From Tetramitus jugosus (lineage: Eukaryota; Protista; Heterolobosea), in assembly GCA_937625935.1 (NCBI GenBank), contig OW569349.1:496001-560000 (forward strand): a DNA stretch of 64,000 nucleotides. Direction: 5' to 3'. The position numbers were made by a program, and so were the translations under genes. Positions 12,301 to 22,035 of the stretch are shown here, piece by piece (within the stretch, counting starts at the first letter, position 1; each line of letters begins with the position of its first letter). The notes beneath the pieces were generated by a model. The model searched no databases. It was not told where the DNA came from and worked only from the letters and a program-made list of their open reading frames with translations.

Positions 12301-12722
12301 TCACTCCCGGTGTGAATTATTCCAGCTCCTCCTATGGAGGAGGATATGATGGTGGATACTCTCACTATGATAACTCCAGTTGGGTAGACAAGGGAATGAG
12401 AGTTCGTATTGAAGACCACACCTCATCCTACAATGGTTATCGTGGAGTCATTCAATCGGTCAATCACACGAATGGAACTTGTAAAGTAGTATTAGACAGT
12501 AATGAACAGCAAGAGACTGTAGTAGGTATCAAGATGGAGCATATTAGACCTGATATGCCTCGCAAGGGAGACCGTGTCATTATTATCAAATCTGGTGAGT
12601 CCAGAGGAAGAGAAGCTGATGTGCTCCACTGTAGTGAAGGATCTGTCGCCGTCAGAGTGATTGGTGAGACTCAAACCGATATGACCCTCGCAGCCACGGA
12701 CTGTGTTCCTCTTGCCAGGTAA
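9357..12722 (+). CDS. SPT5: Transcription elongation factor SPT5
   Basis: Acidic N-terminus, NGN domain (LPTINDPKLFLVKC, KGHIYVEA), multiple KOW motifs (WVRVKRGLYKGDLAQV, VRIKIGPFKGYIGIVKD), TP-repeat CTR and C-terminal KOWs. Confidence 0.98.
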   Translation: MPKRRNQEEEEEEEEDDQYDDFDDEEEEEDEGRPTKRRKASSLVDVEAGVSDNEDEDDFEDAEDGFIDHTEDIASSARGAPRGTSSMDMDMRMSGGREKRGADYLNSLENKYANADENEDDYAEVDDYDDEGLDTLDAGDGRARNKIGGTFGAKDGALPTINDPKLFLVKCRQGKEKYAVATLLQKFLNLSNDRDKDKRLQIVSALCVDGFKGHIYVEAFREAHVKHAIQGLNDVIYQSGIKLVPLGETADVLTTGKKAIDIKKGEWVRVKRGLYKGDLAQVWDVDEARGAVSIKIVPRLNLNGPQPSATQIHNRPNPRLFNEEEFDDIVTKRDPRTNIKFSVFQGKKYKDGLMFKLVNIKSLDTKDIQPKIEELKLFQRPGVDGDIQLSSLAESFKKTTVFKKGDSIMVTEGEMTGLTGIVHAVNGDLVTFFPKDKAYNGLPLEATTAELQKYFEAGSFCRVTSGKYEGEVGYIVEADGDTVVMYSDMKKTEMKVFVSDIQLASATEDTQTKTGIYSLHDMIKLDNNTMGVIVKIDKDQFNVLDNNGTVRTLRLQEMGPKRNTTEYKMSDKNNIQFGVGASLRVVDGVFKGREGTARQLFRAFVFIRARDLLENSGIFVTRADYCEVRGNRLAQQNMPAGNMPAPKAAPPRGVGRGVMFRGRSTHPLMDKTVRIKIGPFKGYIGIVKDVMDDSARVELHSRMKTINIKIVNLKEEGAENPAPIQNNYNNNYDNYGPRSNVRRFDDGGRTPLRPSFAETPNPNYPETPRTPSHDRTWHPNAPNTPRHDWGSDSRVVETPSATTPSVMTPYSSGDQGQNYRAPVTPGYNPMSGSHETPMSNPITPAVYSDHYRTPGANYSHPTTPGAYHSNYNVITPTANYNPITPGAGHVSTPGGDMSHSVPRTPGNAYATPGVHYNPTTPGVNYNPTTPGVNYNPITPGVHYNPTTPGVNYHPATPGSSLTTPGVGHHYPYQPTTPYVAPVTPGVNYSSSSYGGGYDGGYSHYDNSSWVDKGMRVRIEDHTSSYNGYRGVIQSVNHTNGTCKVVLDSNEQQETVVGIKMEHIRPDMPRKGDRVIIIKSGESRGREADVLHCSEGSVAVRVIGETQTDMTLAATDCVPLAR
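12087..12221 (+). repeat. 27-bp tandem repeat x5 encoding the SPT5 CTR nonapeptide TPGV[H/N]Y[N/H]Px
   Basis: Five ACTCC[T/A/C]GG.GT... units spaced exactly 27 nt apart. Confidence 0.9.
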
Positions 12723-12844
12723 AAACCAAATAAATGGACATACCCAAAAATTTTCTTTTCCTGCGACAAGCAAAAAAGCAACCCACCAAAAAACAAATCA
12801 ACACTGTCAGATCTCAATCATCTCCTCACACAACAACAACAGAA

Positions 12845-13522
12845 ATGGTGCGATTTGAAGATGTGAGTGATGTGAGCGATACGCAATTGGCTCAACAAGA
12901 ACAACAATTTTCTCAATCGACAGAAGAAGAAAAAGAACAGACACTGAGAAGAAGATCAACATCATCGACTGCTGCCACATCAACAAGTGGTGGTGATCAC
13001 GATCATTTTGCACAACCGCATCCACAACAACAGCCACCATTCCCATTTCTCTTCTCTCCTCTTCTCTGGTATATTCTCCTTCCATTCGGACTTATTCTCA
13101 CCGGAGTAATTGCATTCTCCGATCTGAAAGCACTGGCCAGTGAGTCAAAAGGGTTTTGGTCCATTACGCTCGTGCGGTTGTTCCTCAGTCTGTTTGTCAA
13201 TATTCAATTCATGATCAAAATGATCTTTTGGGCCGCCATGGCAGCTCACGTGTTTGAAGCTTTGGTCGTTGCTTTTTTGATGCCTAGTCGTGCAAGTACT
13301 GTGGTGCGATGGGCTTGGATTGCTCAAACCTTTTTATTGGGATTTGCGAGCTTGAAGCCATTTATGATCTTGTGCGCCAAACAAATGATTCAATCAGTGG
13401 CGACTGCTGCGACACAGGATATGAATCAGAACATGGAAGCACAGGAGGAGCTTCGAAGGATGATGATGGGTGCAATGAGAGGAAGTCATCACGATGGACA
13501 GAGTCAAAGAAGAAATCATTGA
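12845..13522 (+). CDS. TMEM254/DUF4499-like small membrane protein
   Basis: FWAAMAAHVFEAL and WIAQTFLLGFASL match the TMEM254 H-x-x-E-A and W-x-x-QT-F-x-x-G motifs. Confidence 0.7.
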   Translation: MVRFEDVSDVSDTQLAQQEQQFSQSTEEEKEQTLRRRSTSSTAATSTSGGDHDHFAQPHPQQQPPFPFLFSPLLWYILLPFGLILTGVIAFSDLKALASESKGFWSITLVRLFLSLFVNIQFMIKMIFWAAMAAHVFEALVVAFLMPSRASTVVRWAWIAQTFLLGFASLKPFMILCAKQMIQSVATAATQDMNQNMEAQEELRRMMMGAMRGSHHDGQSQRRNH

Positions 13523-13628
13523 GTCTTTCTTGTGTGTGTCTCTTGTTCTCTCTCTCTCTCTCATTGTAAAGCTCGATTGAGTGATATTGTTGGTTGCATG
13601 ATCCTTGACAAGCAAAGGATCACACTTG

Positions 13629-14327
13629 CTATTGTGCACTAGTGGCAGTGCTGCTGTGAGCGTCCATTGTGAGAGCTTGTATACGATAGTAGGTAATAGA
13701 GCTATCACTGTCCACGAATCCAAATGACAAGTAAATGGTTGACGTATCATCATTGATTGTTTCACCTTGTTCAGCTTGTGTGATCGCTGTGTTTGTAGTC
13801 GTCGTTGGTGATGGTCGTGGAGTGATCCATTGATTTGTCGGATGTCGCGCAAGAAACTCTGACAGCACGGTGCATATTCTCTCACAGAATCCAAAGCTCA
13901 TTTGTTCCTGTGTGCCCACTGGAACGAACAGAGCTTGTACTTGTTTCCATTGAACTTGATCCAATGGATTTTCACCTTGTTGCTTGTCCCTCAATTCCTT
14001 GTTTGTAATCTCCTTCTTATTCTTCTTGTTAGCTCTACTTTCATTCGGATCATCATCGTTTTCATCAGTCTCCTGTTGATCTTGTTCTTCTTTGCCAACA
14101 GGCAGTCTCAACAAACCGTGAATGCAATATCGATCCATACCAGGTACATCCAACACATGCAGTTGATGATGGGGCTGTAATGGTTGCTGTTTGGAGTACT
14201 TTAAATCCAAATACAGCAGATATGTGTTGTGGCAATGGATGGGAGAATGTTTTGAGAAGACTTGTTGAAATTGTGGGAACGATTGAAACGTTTCTGATGA
14301 TGGCTGTTCATTGTTGTTGAATTGCAT
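13629..14327 (-). CDS. SEN15: tRNA-splicing endonuclease subunit Sen15
   Basis: LYLDLKYSK, FVPV and the C-terminal FVDSDSSITYYRI Sen15 signature. Confidence 0.75.
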   Translation of the reverse strand: MQFNNNEQPSSETFQSFPQFQQVFSKHSPIHCHNTYLLYLDLKYSKQQPLQPHHQLHVLDVPGMDRYCIHGLLRLPVGKEEQDQQETDENDDDPNESRANKKNKKEITNKELRDKQQGENPLDQVQWKQVQALFVPVGTQEQMSFGFCERICTVLSEFLARHPTNQWITPRPSPTTTTNTAITQAEQGETINDDTSTIYLSFGFVDSDSSITYYRIQALTMDAHSSTATSAQ

Positions 14328-14434
14328 ACTATTGTTGATCTTGCTTTTTTTCAAGGAGGAACTTGAATGGTGGCGGAGGAATCTTGTGTAAAAAAATAAG
14401 TGCATCAGCTTTTTGCTTTACTCGTTTAGTAAGG

Positions 14435-15352
14435 TTAGTCGAGATCCAAGTCATTGATACCATCAACTGGTTGTTCTGTTGCTTCTGTACTACCTCCATT
14501 GTCTTCAGACTCATCTTCATAGCCCTGTGAATAAGCTTCTGTTGGTCCATTGAGCCCCATGTTGGTCTTGGCTCTCAGTTTAGCAAACACAAACTGCTCT
14601 GGACAGCACTCTGGCAGCCATGTCGTTGCTCTATCTTGTGCTTGTTGACGCTGTTGTACAGAAATACAGTGATCAGGTAATAAACAATCTGTCACTTTGC
14701 TCAATGCTTCATTCGTGTCCTTTTTGCCATGAATCTGAATCTTTGCCAAAGTTTTCTTATCAACAAATTGCTTTCCAATCTTGTACATGAGGTTGAACAC
14801 CAAGGGAGTCTTCAAAATATGAATACAGTGGATGACCTCTGGGTAATAATTACCTAAACAAAACAGACTCTTGTAGCCCTTCATGTCCATGTTCTTTCGA
14901 CCCAAAAACGATTGATCAGACACAATTACAAACTGATTGTAAGGTGGACTGGGAGCATTCATCAATGCTAGCTCGCACATGTACACAAAATACTTGAAAA
15001 ATGTATCAACCTGCTTCTCTGTTGACAAGGAAAAGTGATTGCATGTTCTCGCATAGACAATCGGCCTACCAAAAAAGTCTCTGCCATAAAAGAACAATAA
15101 ACCTGATTGTAGCTCCTGTTCAACTTCTTGTGCTGTAATCTTGTGAGGCTTCACACGCTCAATCCACTCCATTCTTTGCATGTACAACTCATAAGCTTTT
15201 TCCACATTGAAGTCTCTTGCTCTCAGAAAACGAATCAGAGTACACGTGTCCTGTACCTCCAAACTCATACTGGGAGTTGGATTTCGCTCCACAATCATTT
15301 TCTCAAATTGATCCAACACCTTTACTTGTGAGTCATTGAGTGTGCTTTTCAT
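14435..15352 (-). CDS. CRAL-TRIO/Sec14-family lipid-binding protein (start uncertain; ORF open to 15664)
   Basis: LIRFLRARDFNVEKA, GRDFFGRPIVY, NYYPE and KTLAKIQI motifs. Confidence 0.88.
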   Translation of the reverse strand: MKSTLNDSQVKVLDQFEKMIVERNPTPSMSLEVQDTCTLIRFLRARDFNVEKAYELYMQRMEWIERVKPHKITAQEVEQELQSGLLFFYGRDFFGRPIVYARTCNHFSLSTEKQVDTFFKYFVYMCELALMNAPSPPYNQFVIVSDQSFLGRKNMDMKGYKSLFCLGNYYPEVIHCIHILKTPLVFNLMYKIGKQFVDKKTLAKIQIHGKKDTNEALSKVTDCLLPDHCISVQQRQQAQDRATTWLPECCPEQFVFAKLRAKTNMGLNGPTEAYSQGYEDESEDNGGSTEATEQPVDGINDLDLD

Positions 15353-16171
15353 GAGATGATTGTTCTCTTGGTTCAATATGGTGTAAGTTTCGCGAGTGGG
15401 GCAAGTGACGCGATATGGGTCTCTTGGGCCAGCATGGCTTGCATTGGAAGAAGACATCTGTGGTACAAAGCTCACTCGTTCTTTCACTTTGTTGAGTGTG
15501 TAATTTTGAGGAACTCGGAGTATTAACAGGGGCACACTTTCTTTGCACCTTGATTGATGTTGAAGGTCAAATGATTTGGCATCTTGGAGAGTCTCATTGC
15601 TACCCACTCGTATGAGCTCAAAAGTACGTTGTTTTTGGGTGTGTTGTTCTACTTGTTTGACCATTGAGATCTCATGCCTGCAAGGACATTGAATGTTGGA
15701 GAAAACACTCAGGTACTTCCATTGAGGACTTCATGGCTGTTGTTCACTCCAGCTAATTGAGCCAGGCCTTCAGTTACCAACAATGGATGTAGTATGGAAC
15801 AACTGTAACACGTTCTAACTCTGTAATCGTCGCTTATTCCCCGTTTGTTTCGTCCGTGGTCTTTTTCAGATTCCACATCAAAAATATTCGCCCGCTCTAC
15901 AATAGATTGGATGACAACCGCTTGTCTTTGGGCCGTTCGCTCGATTAGCGAATAGCCCACAACTGCTTTCATGGGAAAAAATTGACGAGGCCTGGGGTCA
16001 AAAGAACAATTCGAGTAACACAACAGGAGAAAGGATCGAACTCCACATCAACGAACCAGCCAAATCTTTCATTATCAATTCGGGTTGCATCTCGATTTGT
16101 CCCCAAACAAAAACAACAGTTGGCCTCTCACGTGAGACACAAACCACAATACCACGTATTTTAAAAAAACA

Positions 16172-16993
16172 ATGGACTGTCTTGCTCAACCTGAAGCTTC
16201 CTCTGCTCAAACTCCCCGTATTGGAAAGAACATGACTACGACGACAAAGGACAATGACAAAAATTCATCTGACGATATCATCAGAGATACCCCTTCGACT
16301 GACAACAAACGTCATTCGGTTGACTCCACCTCCACCAATCCGTTCTCTTATTTCCTGCAAAACTGGGAAGCCATGACCATTAAGAATGTGCTTCCCTCGA
16401 ACAACCAGCAAAGTGGTGCTTCTGAACACAAAATTGTCATTCGACAATCTGCTCATATTGCAGCCAAGATTCGATCCAAGAATAGCAAAGTTGAACAGCA
16501 ACAAGAGCAGCTGTGCAACTTTGGTAGCCTCAACCAACATCACCATGTGAGTCGTAGTAGCTCTCCACACCATTATCATCCATATCAAAGGACCAAGGTT
16601 AAAATTGTGAGTTCTTCAACAAGGGACAACAACAATAATCATTGTAAGAACAATAGCAACGTCTGTGAAGCACAGAATAACCACCACAATAGTAACAACA
16701 ACAACAGTGGAAACAATTCTCGAATTGTTATTTCATACAAGCCAAAAGTTAATGTGTCGACGACAACATCAACAACGACGTCGACATCTTCGACAGCTAC
16801 GAGGAATGTGTCATCGTCATTGTCTGTTGTTACGACGACGACTTCTGAAGTCGTGAACCATCCTCCTGTGCCCACCTCAAGTCGGAGCTCTCTCAAGAGT
16901 ATCATCCTTGAATCTCTTCGGAAAAAGCATTCGAGTCACGAGGACGAAGCGATTCTAGCACAGAATTTCGCAAAGAATCTATCTCAATTATAG
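16172..16993 (+). CDS. Hypothetical low-complexity (N/T/S-rich) protein
   Basis: 273-aa ORF with an A-rich start context (AAAACAATG); no domain recognised. Confidence 0.6.
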   Translation: MDCLAQPEASSAQTPRIGKNMTTTTKDNDKNSSDDIIRDTPSTDNKRHSVDSTSTNPFSYFLQNWEAMTIKNVLPSNNQQSGASEHKIVIRQSAHIAAKIRSKNSKVEQQQEQLCNFGSLNQHHHVSRSSSPHHYHPYQRTKVKIVSSSTRDNNNNHCKNNSNVCEAQNNHHNSNNNNSGNNSRIVISYKPKVNVSTTTSTTTSTSSTATRNVSSSLSVVTTTTSEVVNHPPVPTSSRSSLKSIILESLRKKHSSHEDEAILAQNFAKNLSQL

Positions 16994-17161
16994 GCGCCTC
17001 GTTGTGTGTCATCATGTACACACGGGCAAGAGATACTAGTTTTCGGTAGAGTACCTACAAGACGCGATAAGTTGTGTCGGGCATTTTTGTAAAAAAAACA
17101 AGTCAGAGGTGAAATCCTTTGAAAATAAAAACTAATCCTTTATGCAAAAGATCCACCCACT

Positions 17162-18298
17162 TTACAATGTCGTCAACCCCAACAATTTTCGCATCTGTTC
17201 GTACAATGGTAACGTGAACATGCAGTGACTTCCAAGACGAATATAGTTTGGAATAAATCCCTTGAACAGAGCCCTAACACCCTCTATCCTAATCGTTTTG
17301 ATCATACAGTCAACAACACCGGCGTATGCCCGTTGATCATTCATGTATCTTGTTTTGACAACATCGATGGGGTTGGAGGCAACAGAAGTACAAAGACCCG
17401 AGATGGTAGATGCAACCATGTGCGTCTTAAACGAGTCATCAAAATATTCTGTGTGATTAATCAGTGTGTGCTTAATGTGGTCATAGGAACTGAGTTGAAC
17501 TCCAGTGACAACAGCAGCGCGGGCCACTGTGGCAGATACACCTCGATACAATCCACGAAATCCGTTTTCTGTCCTATAAATCTGAATGAGCGCATCCATT
17601 GTGTGCTTGTAAGGCTTTGGTGCCTGGACAACTTTTCCCTCAGGGGTCACCATTGGTAACACACCTTGTTGTCTAATCTTTACCAGATCGAACGGATTGG
17701 CCAAATAGGAACCGATGGCTCCTGATAAACCTCCCGCCAAAACCTTGTTCAAAAGTCCGACATCTTCACCACTTTCTCCACCACTGAGCATTGGCTTGAT
17801 GAAATCGTAGAGACCCATACGAACAGAGCTGTAGCTCATTTCACGCATTGCACTTGAAGCTAAGCCTCTACCAATCAACTATATCAACGGTTGTTTAATC
17901 ACCACAACAGATTCAACAAAATTTGCCACTGTTAGCTAAAAGACAAAAATGCACAAACAGCAAAAAAAAATTGGTTTTCATCAAGCGACACATACAATTC
18001 CCAAACCTTCCTCTCTGTAGACTCTTCCAAACGCTTCACCAAAGCTCTTGTAAGGCACAAAAGCAGAACCTGTTGGTGCTCCTCCTTGTTGAATCTGTAA
18101 TCTTGTTTTCACATGGTCAGCACTGTTGAGTGCCACACTAATGGTCGTAGCAGACACACCACCTGCAAAAAACTTTTTCCAAATTTTAACAGGGTCCTTG
18201 TTCTCTGCTTCTCTCTGTGCAATCTTATCGATGGCAAGTTGTTGTTGATGCAGCTGTTCAGCACCACCAACCAATAATTGAGGTTCGTTGGATGTCAT
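17162..18298 (-). CDS. Mitochondrial carrier (SLC25), UCP/dicarboxylate-carrier-like; exons 18298-17996, 17878-17162
   Basis: Three carrier repeats (SADHVKTR, PFDLVKIR, PIDVVKTR) and REMSYSSVRMGLYD; intron 17995-17879 GTATGT..ATAG. Confidence 0.93.
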
Positions 18299-18715
18299 AC
18301 TGACTGGTATGGGTGGGAGATTATATTGGTGTTTGTTTGGGTATTGTTGTTGGGTTGTTGTTGACCAAAAAGCTTGTTCTCTTCTTGTTTGTCGCTCTTT
18401 GTTTTTCAAGCTTTTGTTTGGAAGATTTTTCTGAACGCCCCTTTGAAGCAAAAAGTGCGGTGATGTGTGATATGGTGTGTTGCAATTACACACAATTCAA
18501 ACAATGTGAATCATGTTACGTTTCACACGACCATGATGGAAGCACCAGCAGTGATTAGATTTCACTCCTAAGTCTCACAGAATGTGCTGCGCACAACCGC
18601 AATGTAATTTGCTGCCCGCGCGATTGACGAATTCCAACCCAGGAAATTCAGCGGAAACTGAGCACTCTGAGCGCTTTCCAGTTTAACTGTCAACGCATTG
18701 AATTTTGCTCCTCAG

Positions 18716-20533
18716 CTAAAAATCAAGGAACAGAATCTGATTCTTGGGATCGATTGATGTGCCATGGTCAGGAGTTTCATTGTACGATGTGAAGTAGCTC
18801 GTGTCACCCTCCGTGTTCGCTCTCGGTTGAATCGGAGCTCTAAACAATTTACAGTTCAATGCATCCCAGTCAACTCCATCGAACCAGGGATGATTCTTGA
18901 TATCGTTCACACCACCGTGCAAATTACCAATCCGTTCCAGTTCAGGCTTCAACAATTTTCGTATCAAATCCTTTGCTCTCCAGTCCATTTGTTGTGGGAA
19001 CTCAATCTCTCGCTGCAAAATCTTTTGATACAAGTGCATGAGATTCTCAGAATAAAAGGGAGGATATCCGACCAACATCTCAAATATCAGTACACCAAGT
19101 GTCCACCAATCGACTGCCATTCCATGTCCCTTCTGCAAAATGACCTCTGGAGCCAAGTATTCATTTGTTCCACAACCCGTAAACGTCCTTCCCATCTTGC
19201 CATCGACCAATTGCTTTGCAAAACCAAAGTCCGTAATCTTCACATTGCCATCACCGTCCAACAAAATGTTTTCCGGTTTCAAATCACGGTACACAATTTG
19301 AAACTTGTGCATATGCTCCAGAGCTAAAATAATCTCTGCAGAATAAAACTTTGCGACATCGTTTGGAAATGTTTCCACCTTTCTCAAATGAGAGAATAGC
19401 TCACCACCAGAAACATACTCCATAATCATGTAAATGTTGAAATCGTCTTGAAACGTTCGATATAATCGTACAATAAATGGATGACGAAGCATGCTCAGCA
19501 CTTGTTTCTCATTGTGCACATGATTCACTTGATTCTGTTGAATAATTTCACATTTTCGCATAATCTTGATTGCATAAAACTGATTGGTCGGCACGTGCTT
19601 TGCCAATTTCACTTTTCCAAATGTGCCTGTACCCACTGTTTTCAATAATTGAAAATCACTGAATCGCCAGTCCATTGGATTCGCATACATGGACTGTTGT
19701 TGTTGTTGTTGTTGTTGTCTCTGTTGTTGCAGTTGGTGGTGAGGTGTTGGTGATGACAATGTTGGTGATTTTGGCATAGGTGACATGGGTGATGCAGTCA
19801 TCATTCGATTCATGGATGGTGTTGTTGGTGATGGAGTAGTTGTAGTTGTTGTTGATGATGATGTTGTTGATATGGTGGGTGATGGAGTCATTGATATAAT
19901 GGTAGCTTTTGGCTGCTGTGGTTGTTGTTGTTGTTGTTGATATGGATATTGATTAAAATATGGTTGATTCGCAGGTGAGTTTGGTGATGGAGGTGAGTGT
20001 ACACTGACAACAGGATAGGTTGGCATGTTATTATTGTTATTGTTGTTGTTGTTGTAATATTGATTCATGCTTTGTGTGGAGAGAGGAGATGTCGTTGAAG
20101 GAGAGTAACCATCATGATGATACGAAGTTTGTTGATTTTGCTGTTGTTGTTGTACATGATGTTGCGGCTGATGATGATGAGGATGATGAGGATGATGAGG
20201 ATGGTGATGCTGGTGATGCTGGTGATGTTGGTGCTGATGAGGGTGAACTTGTTTTGTCATCGTCCCTGGTTGTTGAATCTGCTGTAGCTGTTGATAGATG
20301 TCTCGTTGTTGCTCTTGTTGAACAGCTGTTGTTGATGATGGTTGTTGAGCTTGTTGTTGTTGTCGTTGTCGATGCTCCTGGTCAAGCAATATTTGAAGCA
20401 ATTGTTGTTGATTTTGTTGATGTTGAAAGTGACTGAGGTCCATTGTCATTTGATCAAATTTTGTTGCTCTCTCGTGGCTTGTGATGATTTGTGGGCGTGG
20501 TTTGGGGTCTTGTATGCCTCTTCGGGTTTTCAC
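18716..20533 (-). CDS. pkaC: cAMP-dependent protein kinase catalytic subunit with a long Q/H/N/T-rich N-terminal extension (start uncertain)
   Basis: GTGTFGKV, YRDLKPEN, DFGFAK, AVDWWTLG and the terminal FxxF (FLDF) typical of PKA-C. Confidence 0.9.
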   Translation of the reverse strand: MKTRRGIQDPKPRPQIITSHERATKFDQMTMDLSHFQHQQNQQQLLQILLDQEHRQRQQQQAQQPSSTTAVQQEQQRDIYQQLQQIQQPGTMTKQVHPHQHQHHQHHQHHHPHHPHHPHHHQPQHHVQQQQQNQQTSYHHDGYSPSTTSPLSTQSMNQYYNNNNNNNNNMPTYPVVSVHSPPSPNSPANQPYFNQYPYQQQQQQPQQPKATIISMTPSPTISTTSSSTTTTTTPSPTTPSMNRMMTASPMSPMPKSPTLSSPTPHHQLQQQRQQQQQQQQSMYANPMDWRFSDFQLLKTVGTGTFGKVKLAKHVPTNQFYAIKIMRKCEIIQQNQVNHVHNEKQVLSMLRHPFIVRLYRTFQDDFNIYMIMEYVSGGELFSHLRKVETFPNDVAKFYSAEIILALEHMHKFQIVYRDLKPENILLDGDGNVKITDFGFAKQLVDGKMGRTFTGCGTNEYLAPEVILQKGHGMAVDWWTLGVLIFEMLVGYPPFYSENLMHLYQKILQREIEFPQQMDWRAKDLIRKLLKPELERIGNLHGGVNDIKNHPWFDGVDWDALNCKLFRAPIQPRANTEGDTSYFTSYNETPDHGTSIDPKNQILFLDF

Positions 20534-20867
20534 AATTTAGGACAAATCGTTTTTTTCCTCCAGCTATTTTAGCGCTCCGAATTGGAACATTCGCATGAAA
20601 CGTGTATGTTTGGAATGCGACCAACGAAAAAAACGACAACTACCATCTGTGTTACAAAAAAACATGCGATTTTTCTTCAATTTTGAAGGGAGGTGCAAAG
20701 AACTCCACACACAACAAGACACCGACACAAAACAAAAAAACGAATCAACAACAATTTGAATGGGATAATTTTTCTGAGTAAACAACACACTAACAGACAA
20801 AAAATCTCGTTCGTTCGTTCCACCAAAATCATAAGAAGAAGAAAAGACAAATCACACTAGAAGAAGA

Positions 20868-21518
20868 ATGGCCGCAACTCTTACCAACAAACCCACACTC
20901 ATTTATGTGGAGAAATATGGACTCAAGTTTTTGATTTTTGACACTCCCTCTGAGAGAAACGTACACCTCTACATCAAAGAGTTTCAAAAACACAATGTGA
21001 AGCACGTAGTTCGTGTGTGCCAGGCGACGTATCCGAAAGAGATTGTTGAACGGTCGCAAATTACCTTTCACGTAAGTAGATCCGTTTTTTTTTCGCGCAC
21101 TTTTTTGTGCGCTGAAAAAAGAATCGTTATTCACACTACGGTTTTTTTCTCTTTGATCAAAAAATAGGATTGGGGATTTGATGATGGTAGCTCTCCTCCT
21201 CAGCACGTTCTCAAGAATTGGATCGATTTAGTGAATGAGACTTTTCCGGTCAATGGTGGTGGCAGTGGAAGCAGCAGCAACGATACTAGTTCTCAATCAG
21301 TTGATAACACACCAGCAATTGCTGTTCACTGTGTTGCTGGATTGGGAAGAGCACCTGTGCTTGTTGCAGTCGCTCTTGTCGAACGAGCAAACATGGAGGC
21401 ACTTGATGCAATCACCTTTATCAGAGCTAGAAGAAGAGGAGCAATCAATGCGACTCAAATGCAATTCATTGAAAAGTATTACAAGCAGAAGAAGAAGGGC
21501 AAGTGCCTCATTATGTGA
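20868..21518 (+). CDS. PTP4A: PRL/PTP4A protein tyrosine phosphatase; exons 20868-21071, 21168-21518
   Basis: HCVAGLGRA active site, WGFDDG loop, RRRGAIN and a CAAX end CLIM; intron 21072-21167. Confidence 0.95.
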
Positions 21519-22035
21519 CTCAGTTATCATCATTGTTTATCACTGAATATTTCAAAGACACTGGCAAGAGAGCAAGTGCACATGACGGAGCACTTTTTAG
21601 AATCATTTACACGAATGCAAAGTGATGATTGTTTGAGGACGAGTAGACATGGAGAGAGTGATTATTGTGTGGATGATGAAGCTGTTGTTTGTTGTTGTGC
21701 TTATGACACAAATCATTGCTTCTCATTACAATCATCGCCCATGAAAACTACAATGATGCTTTGGATGGTTATTTATTTATATTTGTTGCTGCGAATGCTG
21801 TTGACGACTGAATCATTGAAGGAGAAGACGCATATTCGCAGTAATTTTACAATAAATCCTTGCACGATTGAAAACGAAAATTCTCGATTTTGGCTTCTAT
21901 TGCACCTTAGGTGGGCTCATGTTTGTGAAGGTATTGATTTTGGTTGTGAAAAGAGTTTGTTTATGTTAATTTCATTGAATGGAGAAGTGGATCAGTTGAC
22001 CTAACAATTGATCATTTCTAGAGATGGTAGGTGAC

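Noticed and set aside
15353-16023. N-terminal extension of the CRAL-TRIO ORF to 15664 and ORF 15709-16023
   Set aside because: No domain similarity; more likely promoter/UTR sequence open by chance, though the true start is unresolved.
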